Origin: Tubulanus polymorphus
Taxonomy: Eukaryota > Animalia > Nemertea
Assembly (NCBI RefSeq): GCF_964204645.1
Contig: NC_134025.1
Span: forward strand, 7,502,001-7,566,000
Direction: 5' to 3'
Length of the DNA: 64,000 bases
This document shows, in pieces, positions 1-12,072 of the stretch; the stretch's first letter is position 1; the number at the start of each line of letters is the position of its first letter. The translations under genes were made by a program, and so were the position numbers. Below the pieces are notes generated by a model. It ran no database searches. It worked only from the letters and a program-made list of their open reading frames with translations, and had not been told where the DNA came from.

Positions 1-2579
1 TAGTTCTTATTATGTATATATAGTACGTTGTAAATCATCTATGACAAATAAATATCCAATCGAATATTTCAACTTCGGAAGAAAAATCCCGCGAGACGTA
101 GTCGACGTTTCATCTCCTGCATAGGATTTGATTTTCATTTTATGTTTACCACATGGCGTGTCAGGCCCCAATATGGCGTGACAAGCCTCGGGGCTTGTGA
201 CGCCATATGCAGCAGGTCTTAAGATTGCCCTAGATGATCGGAGCCGGTGTCGCGGACGCACTAAATTCCGGTTCCCCCCATTTTGGCGCTAATTTTAATC
301 GCCTTCACCCGGATTTCACCGCCACAACTTTATTGCATGACTGTAGGCCTACTTATTTTTGTATCGGGAGCAGCCGGTTCTACTATTTATAATCTTTTTT
401 GGCGGATGTTCCGGCCGCGGCTCGGTGGTTACGGGTTTACATACAATAAAACCTCAAGAACCTCGTTACTTATAGTTTACAACGAGATCGTCAACGAAAT
501 ACTGAGTTTCGAACGAAGAAATTTCCGTGTTCCAGTTAAAACAAAGTCGTTATTTCCTTTAATTCCCATCGGTTTTAACGAGATTCCCGACGGTTTTAAC
601 ATCGGCATTTTTACAACGAATAGAACGAACAGTATAAATTTTTGTGCCAAAGACTTTTCGTCACGAGGTCGCAGCAGAAACATTACAAACTTTCGAGACA
701 GCCGTAACGACGGGCGCGCGAGTTCTGATAATTATCGCTGGCAACAATTTACTGTATTTCTGAAGCCTGCATTTCTGAAGTATGGTTAGCTTTTAAAAAA
801 AATCGTTTACTTTTTCCAATCCAAAAATTCGCCATTGATTGTCAATTTGTCATGGTAAAAATCCCCCGTTTCTCCATATTCCAACTACCAATCAAAAATT
901 GCCATCAAACGGCGAAAATATAATTAGCCATATACTAGAGAAAAACCAAAAAATATTGGCTGGATTTGGAAAAAATGTTTTACTTTTTAGCTCTCATTCA
1001 TTTCATTTCATTTCATTTCGTTTATTGTAACTTTGTACAAAGTACAGTATACAAATATCGTTCATGTAATACATAATATAATATAAAACACCATTTCGCA
1101 GATTTGACGAAAACCTGTCACAGAAGAAATTGGAAATTCACTCAAAGACAAGCAGATTCCGTTTATCATATCTCATATGAATGAAAACTTCAGAACATTC
1201 CAACAAGTTTCTCGCTGGTCTTGGTGTTATCAAAAATTCATAAAGACTAGTCTTTATGAATTTTTGGTGTTATTGAAAAATCAAAATGTTTTACACTGGT
1301 GAACGTTTTTAAGTCACGTTCTTTCTAAAAACAGATCAATGGCAGTGCGTACAGCGGCCAGATTACACTATGACCGAAATAGTTGGTAATGAATAAATTG
1401 ATCAATCGACCCGATGTTCAAAATCAAAGCCTTCACCAATAACCTTAAGTCCAAAAGTGGTCTTAATCTTGAATGGTCTTAAGTGGTTAGATTGGGTACT
1501 AACGTGGTCTTCCGCGACTGGTCTCAAGCCTGCCTATGCAACCGATCCCAGCGCTGGGTGAATCAAACTCAAAGCCTTGTTATACTGAAGCTCGACTGGA
1601 ATTATTGTAACGAGGTTTGACTATTTTAACCCTTTTAAATAGATTTGTAATTTTATCATCTTGTCACGCGCGTAGGGTTCGAATCCTTTCTATTTCATAC
1701 CACCGGGTTTCGGGAATTCTTATAATATTCATTTTTTTGTATTATACGGATCACACCTAATGTATCAATAAACTGGAAAATATAAGCTCAGGGACTATCA
1801 AGTTTAAATGTGCATGAGTAGACCGAGTTCTAACTAAAATCAATTAAAACAAGTGAGTACAGGTGATTGTACAGACAATAGATTGAGTTTGAAAGTGTCT
1901 GAGTCCGAGTCGATACTATAATTGAATAGTGTGATTCGATTTAAAGAGCCAAGAGCTGAGTCAACTGTAGATCACAGAAAAATAACAAAAACAATTTGTA
2001 GTGAACAACTAAACCACGAATAGGTTTTAGTTGTTGTGATTAATAGTATATGTATTTACATGTAAACAAAGGTCAACCAATTATCAAACACCAATCACAG
2101 GCCCTTTAAATCAATTAAGCACCACAAAATCAATATAATTCATCAATGTAACAAATAAAAGACAAGATAAACTGGTTACGTAAGTACTTTCCACCTCGTT
2201 TTACTATTCTACACCAAGTTGAGAATACAGCTCCTCTACGAATCGATCATGTCATTTCATAGAAATAAATATGGTATTTACAAAAACAAATGAGTTAAAA
2301 TGCATTGTAATTAACCAACACCGACAGAAGTCAACACGTAAGAAATCAAGGTCTGTCATCATGTCATGTCGATATTCAAACACACTACGGAACCGACTGC
2401 TGCATTTCAGTTTGACTTCAAAACAACATCAACAATTCTTTAGAAACGATCAAAGATATTCTAACTTGTTTTATTTAAATCAAAATAAATAAATAAATCA
2501 AAATAAATCTCAAATTGAACACATATGTTCATACACACGGTCAGTTGCACACACAAGAATTCTCAAAGTCTTAACACGC

Positions 2580-2905
2580 AGAAGAGTTGTCCAAGTTCCA
2601 GCAACGCATTAAGAGTTGTCCAAGTTCGAGCAACGCATTAGAGTAATCCAAGTTCCAGTAACGCATTAGAGTTCTCCCAAGTTTCAGCAACGCATTAGAG
2701 TTCTCCCATGTTTCAGCAACGCATTAGAGTTCTCGAAGTTCCAGCAACACGTTAAGAGTTCACCAAGTTCCAGCAACGCATTACAGTTCTCGAAGTTCCA
2801 GCAACGCATTAGAGTAATTCAAGTTCTAGCGACGCATTAGAGTTCTCCCAAGTTTCAGCAACGCATGAAGTTCCAGCAACACATGAGAGTTCTCTTAGTT
2901 CCAGG
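2580..2905. repeat. Minisatellite, about 29-32-bp unit (agagttctcccaagttccagcaacgcatt), about 10 copies
   Basis: Directly visible imperfect tandem copies. Confidence 0.9.
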
Positions 2906-3404
2906 AATGCGATAAATCAAATAAATCTTTAATTCTGTAATAAGAAAAACAAGTATTTTAATAACAATGAACAACGATTTTAAACTTGACACCATTGTCA
3001 GGTATCAGGGGTGGGATAACATTGAACACATTGAAAAATGTATTTCAATGTATTTAATAAGAAATCGCATTATGTGTAAAACATAGCTGTTCCTTCTCCG
3101 TGTTTAAAGTATCAAAAAGAATCACATTATGTGAATCAAAGCAATCCTTTTGATTTGAAAAATCCATGGAAGAGACACTGAATGATTCTAAGTCAGAATT
3201 CTTTCAAATTTTTTTTCAAACTTCACAGAAAAATTATGGCAGAGATGGCACTTTCCAGCGTGTCCTAGAGGACTTTTCAACAGGCCATAATGATTACAGC
3301 AATTGAATCGGTGATTAATTACCACGAGTACTGCCACTGAAAAATGGCAAGGATGGATACAGATGGTAAAGATGGATACTGAGGCTGAATGCTGCTGCAA
3401 AATG

Positions 3405-3675
3405 GAACGCAAGAATGGAACTGCATGAGTCAGTTCGAATGCAGGAATGGAACTGCAGGAGTCATTTTGAATGCAGGAATGGAACTGCATGAGTCAGTTC
3501 TAATGCAGGAATGGAACTGCATGAGTCAGTTTGAGGATGCAGGAGTGGAACTGCACGATTCATTTTGAATGCAGGAGTGGAACTGTATGAGTCAGTTCGA
3601 ATATAAGAATGGAACTGTATGAGTCAGTTCAAATGCAGGAATGGAACTGCATGAGTCAATTTTAATGCAGGAATG
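3405..3675. repeat. Minisatellite, about 31-bp unit (gaatgcaggaatggaactgcatgagtcagttc), about 8-9 copies
   Basis: Directly visible imperfect tandem copies. Confidence 0.9.
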
Positions 3676-4160
3676 GTGTGGGAGGGTTTGGTAGGAACAC
3701 AGCGGGACGTACAGTAAAACAAAAATTAATTAAAATGATTTTAAATAAGTATGGATGATATGATGGAACAAATTTTAATTTGCCCAATAAAATAAATAAA
3801 GGGATGAAATGAATTGATGGTTTCTTTTTTTATTTTTAGTTTTTATAATTTTTTCAGGAGAACCGTAAAACTCCCTATAAAACCGGTAGCATCTGGTTTT
3901 ATATTTTTTATTTTTTTTTAAATAAAATTGAAATGCAGGACTGCACGCCCACTGGTTCCTAATGCAAGGGGGTTGAAAGATATTTTGTGGCACCGCGCCA
4001 ACTGCAGACCGACGAAGAAATGAAATGAAACGAAATGAATGAGTTCTTAAAACTCACTTGAGCGATAATAATAATGAATGATGAAAGGAGTGCCGATCTG
4101 CAGACGTGCATGGGCTGATGTTGTTGCCCGGAGTGATGGCGAGTGAAGGGGGATGGATCT

Positions 4161-4900
4161 TTAATTTCTTCTTGCTCTTTTATTTCGTATAAATGTATAA
4201 TTTCCATCAAAGGCCCCTTCAACATCGCGGAGCAATTGCACAGGATCTTTTATGCGGATGTTTCGAGACCAACCAGGGCCGCGTGCAACAAGCTCTACAG
4301 CGGGGGCGGGTGGTACCCCCACTGGAGCGCCCGATGTTCCAGCCTGGGCGGGCATATCATTATTATTAGTTCTTTTTCTTTTTCTTGTAGGATGCACGCA
4401 CACAGGTGGTTGTGGTGGTGGTGGGGGCCCTGGTTGTGGAGCTCCAGGAGCCGCTGAGGACTCCTCATCACTGGACTCCTCAAAATTTGGTTGTGGTGGA
4501 GGAGCCGCACGTTTTGGTGTTCTTTTTTTGTTAGGCCGCCCCGAACCTTCCGTATAATTCACATCTTTCTTATTTTTGCGGGGCGACCTGCGCGGTGCAG
4601 GAGTCTGGACCTGTGGCGCCTCTGTCGGGGCAACCACGGCAGGGGCGACCTCCTGCTTCACGATAACAGGTGGCCCGACCTCCGTATCCGAAGATACGGT
4701 GACCGCAACCACCTGCACCGCAGAAGCAGGGTCCACCACCCGCGGGGGAGCCAACGGTGTTGGTGGATTTGGCTCCCCGTGCTTATGAGACGATAAACGC
4801 TCCACGCACCTTTTTAATCTCCTTTGTAGAAGGGAAGCCGCCTCATAAGCGTGGCCAGACTCATCTTTTCTGTTGACAACATCAATAACAATTGATTCAG
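4161..4900 (-). CDS. Probable terminal coding exon of an unknown Pro-rich, basic (nuclear-type) protein
   Basis: GC-rich open frame of about 245 codons from an acceptor (ttcatttcag near 4901). It contains PRRSPRKNKKDVNYTE, an acidic EESSDEE patch and RKRKR. Upstream exons could not be assembled cleanly. Confidence 0.5.
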
Positions 4901-6189
4901 CTGAAATGAAAAGAAAAACTATTAAGGATCACGAATATTACACATTAATACCACATAGACTTAACGTCTCCACGTCTCCAAATATGCAATTAATTGCCAG
5001 TTTATCTGATTCATTTCTAAATCAAGAGTTCGAAGGCAATTTCAGTTTTGTCATAGTATGTGTTGATACATCAATAATGGTGATGGTATTAGCTTTTGGA
5101 ATGCATAGGTAAAATTGGTTCATACCAATAACTGGAATTATGGTATAGTTCAGGTTTCACAACTACATAAATTTGTTTTGGAATAACTCATAATTTAACA
5201 CTAAAAGAGAAAGCTGATACAGATGTTAATATTATGATCACCTGCCCCAGCCTTACATGTAGATTGTTGCTGAAAAGCTTTCAAATGTATCTTCTTTATT
5301 CCTCATAATTATCAAATTTGATATTATCGTTAATTCATTTTCATAACATTTATAACACCCATTGCTATCAATACAGTTCGGGTATAACTGCAGATGCCTC
5401 TAGGGGTATAAACAAGTATAAACCAAATATCAAGAAAATCCATTATGCATTTCCTCAATCTGTTCTTAATATCTTTTAAGAAAATGCTCAGTAACAAATA
5501 ATCAAGACAAAATAATTACTTTAATTTGTTCATATTCTATTATCTTAACTATAAGGCGCGTTCACACGACGAAATTTAAACCGGCCTAAATTTTAAGTGT
5601 TCACACGGGCAAAAATACCGTTCCAAATTAGACCGGTCTAGTTTAGACCGGTCTAATTTGGCATGGTGTAAAAAAGCGAACCAGGTCCGGACCAAATTTT
5701 GGACCGGTCTAAATAAGTGTGTGTGGACAGAAACTGGTACCAGGTCCGGTGTCACAGTACAAGTGGTATCCCACTCATTACAGGCACCCCCTGATTGCGC
5801 ATGCGCGTGGGATTCCACTGCTTGTTTACCGCAAACGAGTAAAAGCCATCCCCGTACTAGAGGCATCCCCTTCTTTTGTACCAATTCAATTCAATTTATT
5901 GATGCTTTGATTCATCAAACAATTACCAATTATTTATTGTTTGTTTTTGAATAAAATCACTCGCAATGAAAAAAATACTACGTAACAATGCATTCAGTAA
6001 TGAATGCTTCGGCAGTTGCATTTTATAAGCATCAAAACCGTAAATTTAAAAAGTAATCAGACAATTCCGTTTTTTCAAATACTAAAATATATTTTATTTT
6101 CAATATTTAACGATATTTACATTTCCAGTAAAACATAAGAATAACGCATATAAACATGATAACATAAATGATAGTATCTACTAGTATCT

Positions 6190-9100
6190 ATAAAACATGA
6201 TATTAATGATATTTTGAATAAGATACATTCTGATTAACCATTACTTATGACTTAAAAGGAGGGGATGCATGTAATACCGTACCATCTGACAGTATTAGAG
6301 CTACCCCCTAACAGATTGATATTAAAACAACTATTGCAATTAATAACTTCAAAATCTATAATAAAACATGATATTAATGATATTTTGAATAAGATACATT
6401 CTGATTAACCATTACTTATGACTTAAAAGGAGGGGATGCATGTAATACCGTACCAGCTGACAGTATTTGAGCTACCCCCTAATAGATTGATATTAAAACA
6501 ACTATATTGCAATTAATAACTTCAAAATCTATAATAAAACATGATATTAATGATATTTTGAATAAGATACATTCTGATTAACCATTACTTATGACTTAAA
6601 AGGAGGGGATGCATGTAATACCGTACCATCTGACAGTATTAGAGCTACCCCCTAACAGATTGATATTAAAACAACTATTGCAATTAATAACTTCAAAATC
6701 TATAATAAAACATGATATTAATGATATTTTGAATAAGATACATTCTGATTAACCATTACTTATGACTTAAAAGGAGGGGATGCATGTAATACCGTACCAT
6801 CTGACAGTATTAGAGCTACCCCCTAACAGATTGATATTAAAACAACTATTGCAATTAATAACTTCAAAATCTATAATAAAACATGATATTAATGATATTT
6901 TGAATAAGATACATTCTGATTAACCATTACTTATGACTTAAAAGGAGGGGATGCATGTAATACCGTACCATCTGACAGTATTAGAGCTACCCCCTAACAG
7001 ATTGATATTAAAACAACTATTGCAATTAATAACTTCAAAATTTATAATAAAACATGATATTAATGATATTTTGAATAAGATACATTCTGATTAACCATTA
7101 CTTAAAAGGAGGGGATGCATGTAATACCGTACCATCTGACAGTATTAGAGCTACCCCCTAACAGATTGATATTAAAACAACTATTGCAATTAATAACTTC
7201 AAAATCTATAATAAAACATGATATTAATGATATTTTGAATAAGATACATTCTGATTAACCATTACTTATGACTTAAAAGGAGGGGATGCATGTAATACCG
7301 TACCATCTGACAGTATTAGAGCTACCCCCTAACAGATTGATATTAAAACAACTATTGCAATTAATAACTTCAAAATCTATAATAAAACATGATATTAATG
7401 ATATTTTGAATAAGATACATTCTGATTAACCATTACTTATGACTTAAAAGGAGGGGATGCATGTAATACCGTACCATCTGACAGTATTAGAGCTACCCCC
7501 TAACAGATTGATATTAAAACAACTATTGCAATTAATAACTTCAAAATCTATAATAAAACATGATATTAATGATATTTTGAATAAGATACATTCTGATTAA
7601 CCATTACTTAAAAGGAGGGGATGCATGTAATACCGTACCATCTGACAGTATTAGAGCTACCCCCTAACAGATTGATATTAAAACAACTATTGCAATTAAT
7701 AACTTCAAAATCTATAATAAAACATGATATTACTGATATTTTGAATAAGATACATTCTGATTAACCATTACTTATGACTTAAAAGGAGGGGATGCATGTA
7801 ATACCGTACCATCTGACAGTATTAGAGCTACCCCCTAACAGATTGATATTAAAACAACTATTGCAATTAATAACTTCAAAATCTATAATAAAACATGATA
7901 TTAATGATATTTTGAATAAGATACATTCTGATTAACCATTACTTTAAAGGAGGGGATGCATGTAATACCGTATCAGCTGACCGTATTAGAGCTACCCCCT
8001 AACAGATTGATATTAAAACAACTATTGCAATTAATAACTTCAAAATCTATAATAAAACGTGATATTAATGATATTTTGAATAAGATACATTCTGATTAAC
8101 CATTACTTATGACTTAAAAGGAGGGGATGCATGTAATACCGTACCATCTGACAGTATTATAGCTACCCCCTAATAGATTGATATTAAAACAACCAGGGCA
8201 ATTAATAACTTCATAATCCAAAATAAAACATGATATTAATGATATTTTGAATAAGATACATTGTGATTAACCATTACTTATGACTTAAAAGGAGGGGATG
8301 CATGTAATACCGTACCATCTGACAGTATTAGAGCTACCCCCTAACAGATTGATATTAAAACAACTATTGCAATTAATAACTTCAAAATCTATAATAAAAC
8401 ATGATATTAATGATATTTTGAATAAGATACATTCTGATTAACCATTACTTATGACTTAAAAGGAGGGGATGCATGTAATACCGTACCATCTGACAGTATT
8501 AGAGCTACCCCCTAACAGATTGATATTAAAACAACTATTGCAATTAATAACTTCAAAATCTATAATAAAACATGATATTAATGATATTTTGAATAAGATA
8601 CATTCTGATTAACCATTACTTATGACTTAAAAGGAGGGGATGCATGTAATACCGTACCATCTGACAGTATTAGAGCTACCCCCTAACAGATTGATATTAA
8701 AACAACTATTGCAATTAATTACTTCAAAATCTATAATAAAACATGATATTAATGATATTTTGAATAAGATACATTCTGATTAACCATTACTTAAAAGGAG
8801 GGGATGCATGTAATACCGTACCATCTGACAGTATTAGAGCTACCCCCTAACAGATTGATATTAAAACAACTATTGCAATTAATAACTTCAAAATCTATAA
8901 TAAAACATGATATTACTGATATTTTGAATAAGATACATTCTGATTAACCATTACTTATGACTTAAAAGGAGGGGATGCATGTAATACCGTACCATCTGAC
9001 AGTATTAGAGCTACCCCCTAACAGATTGATATTAAAACAACTATTGCAATTATTAACTTCAAAATCTATAATAAAACATGATATTAATGATATTTTGAAT

Positions 9101-11880
9101 AAGATACATTCTGATTAACCATTACTTATGACTTAAAAGGAGGGGATGCATGTAATACCGTACCATCTGACAGTATTAGAGCTACCCCCTAACAGATTGA
9201 TATTAAAACAACTATTGCAATTAATAACTTCAAAATCTATAATAAAACATGATATTAATGATATTTTGAATAAGATACATTCTGATTAACCATTACTTAT
9301 GACTTAAAAGGAGGGGATGCATGTAATACCGTACCAGCTGACAGTATTATAGCTACCCCCTAACAGATTGATATTAAAACAACTATTGCAATTAATAACT
9401 TCAAAATCTATAATAAAACATGATATTAATGATATTTTGAATAAGATACATTCTGATTAACCATTACTTATGACTTAAAAGGAGGGGATGCATGTAATAC
9501 CGTACCATCTGACAGTATTAGAGCTACCCCCTAACAGATTGATATTAAAACAACTATTGCAATTAATAACTTCAAAATCTATAATAAAACATGATATTAA
9601 TGATATTTTGAATAAGATACATTCTGATTAACCATTACTTATGACTTAAAAGGAGGGGATGCATGTAATACCGTACCATCTGACAGTATTAGAGCTACCC
9701 CCTAACAGATTGATATCAAAACAACTATTGCAATTAATAACTTCAAAATCTATAATAAAACATGATATTAATGATATTTTGAATAAGATACATTCTGATT
9801 AACCATTACTTTAAAGGAGGGGATGCATGTAATACCGTATCAGCTGACCGTATTAGAGCTACCCCCTAACAGATTGATATTAAAACAACTATTGCAATTA
9901 ATAACTTCAAAATCTATAATAAAACATGATATTAATGATATTTTGAATAAGATACATTCTGATTAACCATTACTTATGACTTAAAAGGAGGGGATGCATG
10001 TAATACCGTACCATCTGACAGTATTATAGCTACCCCCTAATAGATTGATATTAAAACAACCAGGGCAATTAATAACTTCAAAATCTATAATAAAACATGA
10101 TATTAATGATATTTTGAATAAGATACATTCTGATTAACCATTACTTATGACTTAAAAGGAGGGGATGCATGTAATACCGTACCATCTGACAGTATTAGAG
10201 CTACCCCCTAACAGATTGATATTAAAACAACTATTGCAATTAATAACTTCAAAATCTATAATAAAACATGATATTAATGATATTTTGAATAAGATACATT
10301 CTGATTAACCATTACTTATGACTTAAAAGGAGGGGATGCATGTAATACCGTACCATCTGACAGTATTAGAGCTACCCCCTAACAGATTGATATTAAAACA
10401 ACTATTGCAATTAATAACTTCAAAATCTATAATAAAACATGATATTAATGATATTTTGAATAAGATACATTCTGATTAACCATTACTTATGACTTAAAAG
10501 GAGGGGATGCATGTAATACCGTACCATCTGACAGTATTAGAGCTACCCCCTAACAGATTGATATTAAAACAACTATTGCAATTAATAACTTCAAAATCTA
10601 TAATAAAACATGATATTAATGATATTTTGAATAAGATACATTCTGATTAACCATTACTTTAAAGGAGGGGATGCATGTAATACCGTATCAGCTGACCGTA
10701 TTAGAGCTACCCCCTAACAGATTGATATTAAAACAACTATTGCAATTAATAACTTCAAAATCTATAATAAAACATGATATTAATGATATTTTGAATAAGA
10801 TACATTCTGATTAACCATTACTTATGACTTAAAAGGAGGGGATGCATGTAATACCGTACCATCTGACAGTATTATAGCTACCCCCTAATAGATTGATATT
10901 GAAACAACCAGGGCAATTAATAACTTCATAATCCAAAATAAAACATGATATTAATGATATTTTGAATAAGATACATTGTGATTAACCATTACTTATGACT
11001 TAAAAGGAGGGGATGCATGTAATACCGTACCATCTGACAGTATTAGAGCTACCCCCTAACAGATTGATATTAAAACAACTATTGCAATTAATAACTTCAA
11101 AATCTATAATAAAACATGATATTAATGATATTTTGAATAAGATACATTCTGATTAACCATTACTTATGACTTAAAAGGAGGGGATGCATGTAATACCGTA
11201 CCATCTGACAGTATTAGAGCTACCCCCTAACAGATTGATATTAAAACAACTATTGCAATTAATTACTTCAAAATCTATAATAAAACATGATATTAATGAT
11301 ATTTTGAATAAGATACATTCTGATTAACCATTACTTAAAAGGAGGGGATGCATGTAATACCGTACCATCTGACAGTATTAGAGCTACCCCCTAACAGATT
11401 GATATTAAAACAACTATTGCAATTAATAACTTCAAAATCTATAATAAAACATGATATTAATGATATTTTGAATAAGATACATTCTGATTAACCATTTCTT
11501 TAAAGGAGGGGATGCATGTAATACCGTACCATCTGACAGTATTAGAGCTACCCCCTAACAGATTGATATTAAAACAACTATTGCAATTAATAACTTCAAA
11601 ATCTATAATAAAACATGATATTACTGATATTTTGAATAAGATACATTCTGATTAACCATTACTTATGACTTAAAAGGAGGGGATGCATGTAATACCGTAC
11701 CATCTGACAGTATTAGAGCTACCCCCTAATAGATTGATATTAAAACAACCAGGGCAATTAATAACTTCAAAATCCAAAATAAAACATGATATTTTGAATA
11801 AAATACATTCTGATTAACCATTACTCATGACTTTAAAGGGATGTTATACTGTACCAGCTGACAGTTTTAGAGGTATCGCA
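6190..11880 (+). repeat. Tandem satellite array, 171-bp monomer (164-173 bp variants), about 33 copies
   Basis: cttaaaaggaggggatgcatg recurs at 6251, 6422, 6595, 6766 and onward. Copies are near-identical, with a recurring 7-bp deletion variant. Confidence 0.97.
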
Positions 11881-12072
11881 TTATAGAATGACAGATAAAA
11901 TGATATCAAAACATAAAGGACATTTTTTACTGTCAAACTACCTGACCTGACGATAGTATAGCTCAAAATGATATCACAACTAATTATTAGAATTCATAAC
12001 TGCAAAATAAAAAAATCAACTATGATAATCTTTGGATTCTTACGAAGATACATTTTGTAAAATGACGAAGCA

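Noticed and set aside
1665-1700. tRNA gene suggested by ggttcgaatcc (also ggttcgacc near 25684)
   Set aside because: Only B-box-like motifs are present and no cloverleaf can be built. At most these are SINE remnants.
6190-11880. CRISPR-like array or primate alpha-satellite (171 bp)
   Set aside because: There are no unique spacers and the context is eukaryotic. Only the length matches alpha-satellite; no sequence similarity was recognised.
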